Assembly (NCBI GenBank): GCA_039679545.1
Contig: JBDKUT010000154.1
Coordinates: 1 to 16,874 of the forward strand
DNA length: 16,874 bases
Origin: Thermotogota bacterium
GTDB taxonomy: Bacteria; Bipolaricaulota; Bipolaricaulia; UBA7950; UBA9294
Direction of reading: 5' to 3'
The notes under the pieces were generated by a model, which was given only the letters and a program-made list of their open reading frames with translations, made no database searches and was not told the origin of the DNA. The position numbers were made by a program, and so were the translations under genes. Numbering within the stretch: position 1 is the stretch's first letter; the number at the start of each line of letters is the position of its first letter. Below are positions 16,437 through 16,874 of the stretch, piece after piece.

Positions 16437-16874
16437 GCAGATCCTCCTTTCCCTTTGCCGGGCGGCACGGGGGCGAACCCTAGGGATTCAAGGATCGCCG
16501 CGTCCGAGTGGGGCAGGAACTCGCCACGCACGATCTGGAACGTCTCGTGACCTTTCCCTGCCAGGAGCAGGACGTCGCCGCGTTCGACACGGCTCGCCGC
16601 GTTCTCGATGGCCTTGCGACGGTCGATCATGCGGACCGTCGCACAAGACCGTGGAATCCCCGCTTCGATCTCATCGAGGATCGCGTCAGGCTCTTCGTAC
16701 TTCGGGTTGTCCTGCGTCAGGACGACGACGTCGGCAAAGCGACTGGCGATCTCACCCATCTGGCTGCGCTTGCCCCGGTCGCTTCCCCCGGCGCAGCCGA
16801 ACACGACGACAACCTTGCTGTAGATCTTCCGAACGACGGAGAGGATCTGGAAGAGGCCGTCGGGGGTGTGGGCA
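16433..16874 (-). CDS. murE: MurE family ligase, C-terminal part (5'-truncated by the window edge)
   Basis: Frame is open to the window end: AHTPDG...VVFGCAGGSDRGKRSQMG...LTQDNPKYEEP...DRRKAI...LLAGKGHETFQ. The stop overlaps the ade start (ATGA). Confidence 0.92.
   Translation of the reverse strand, partial: AHTPDGLFQILSVVRKIYSKVVVVFGCAGGSDRGKRSQMGEIASRFADVVVLTQDNPKYEEPDAILDEIEAGIPRSCATVRMIDRRKAIENAASRVERGDVLLLAGKGHETFQIVRGEFLPHSDAAILESLGFAPVPPGKGKGGSA

Overview
High-GC bacterial chromosomal window with no mobile element, CRISPR array or rRNA. The gene repertoire is reminiscent of Bipolaricaulota/Acetothermia (inference only). Left to right: the 3' part of mraY (+); tRNA-Leu(CAG) (-) with a near-consensus sigma70 promoter; and a Crp/Fnr regulator, membrane PAS-PAS histidine kinase and single-domain response regulator (+). 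Next come a ~420-nt hairpin-rich non-coding spacer between convergent genes and a secreted hypothetical protein (-). A minus-strand run follows, in transcription order: PKD/transglutaminase-like lipoprotein, AcuC/HDAC deacetylase, ThrRS-N-like/uridine kinase fusion, NIF3-like protein, exonuclease III. The window ends with a SpoIVB/S55 peptidase plus murF (+), adenine deaminase (-) and the 3' part of murE (-). Three things most deserve follow-up. (1) MurE and MurF both carry substitutions in normally conserved motifs of the amino-acid-binding domain, hinting at a non-canonical peptidoglycan stem peptide. (2) There is a candidate large structured RNA at 4351-4765. (3) A CRP-type operator overlaps the promoter of a Crp-family gene whose recognition helix and ligand pocket are non-canonical.
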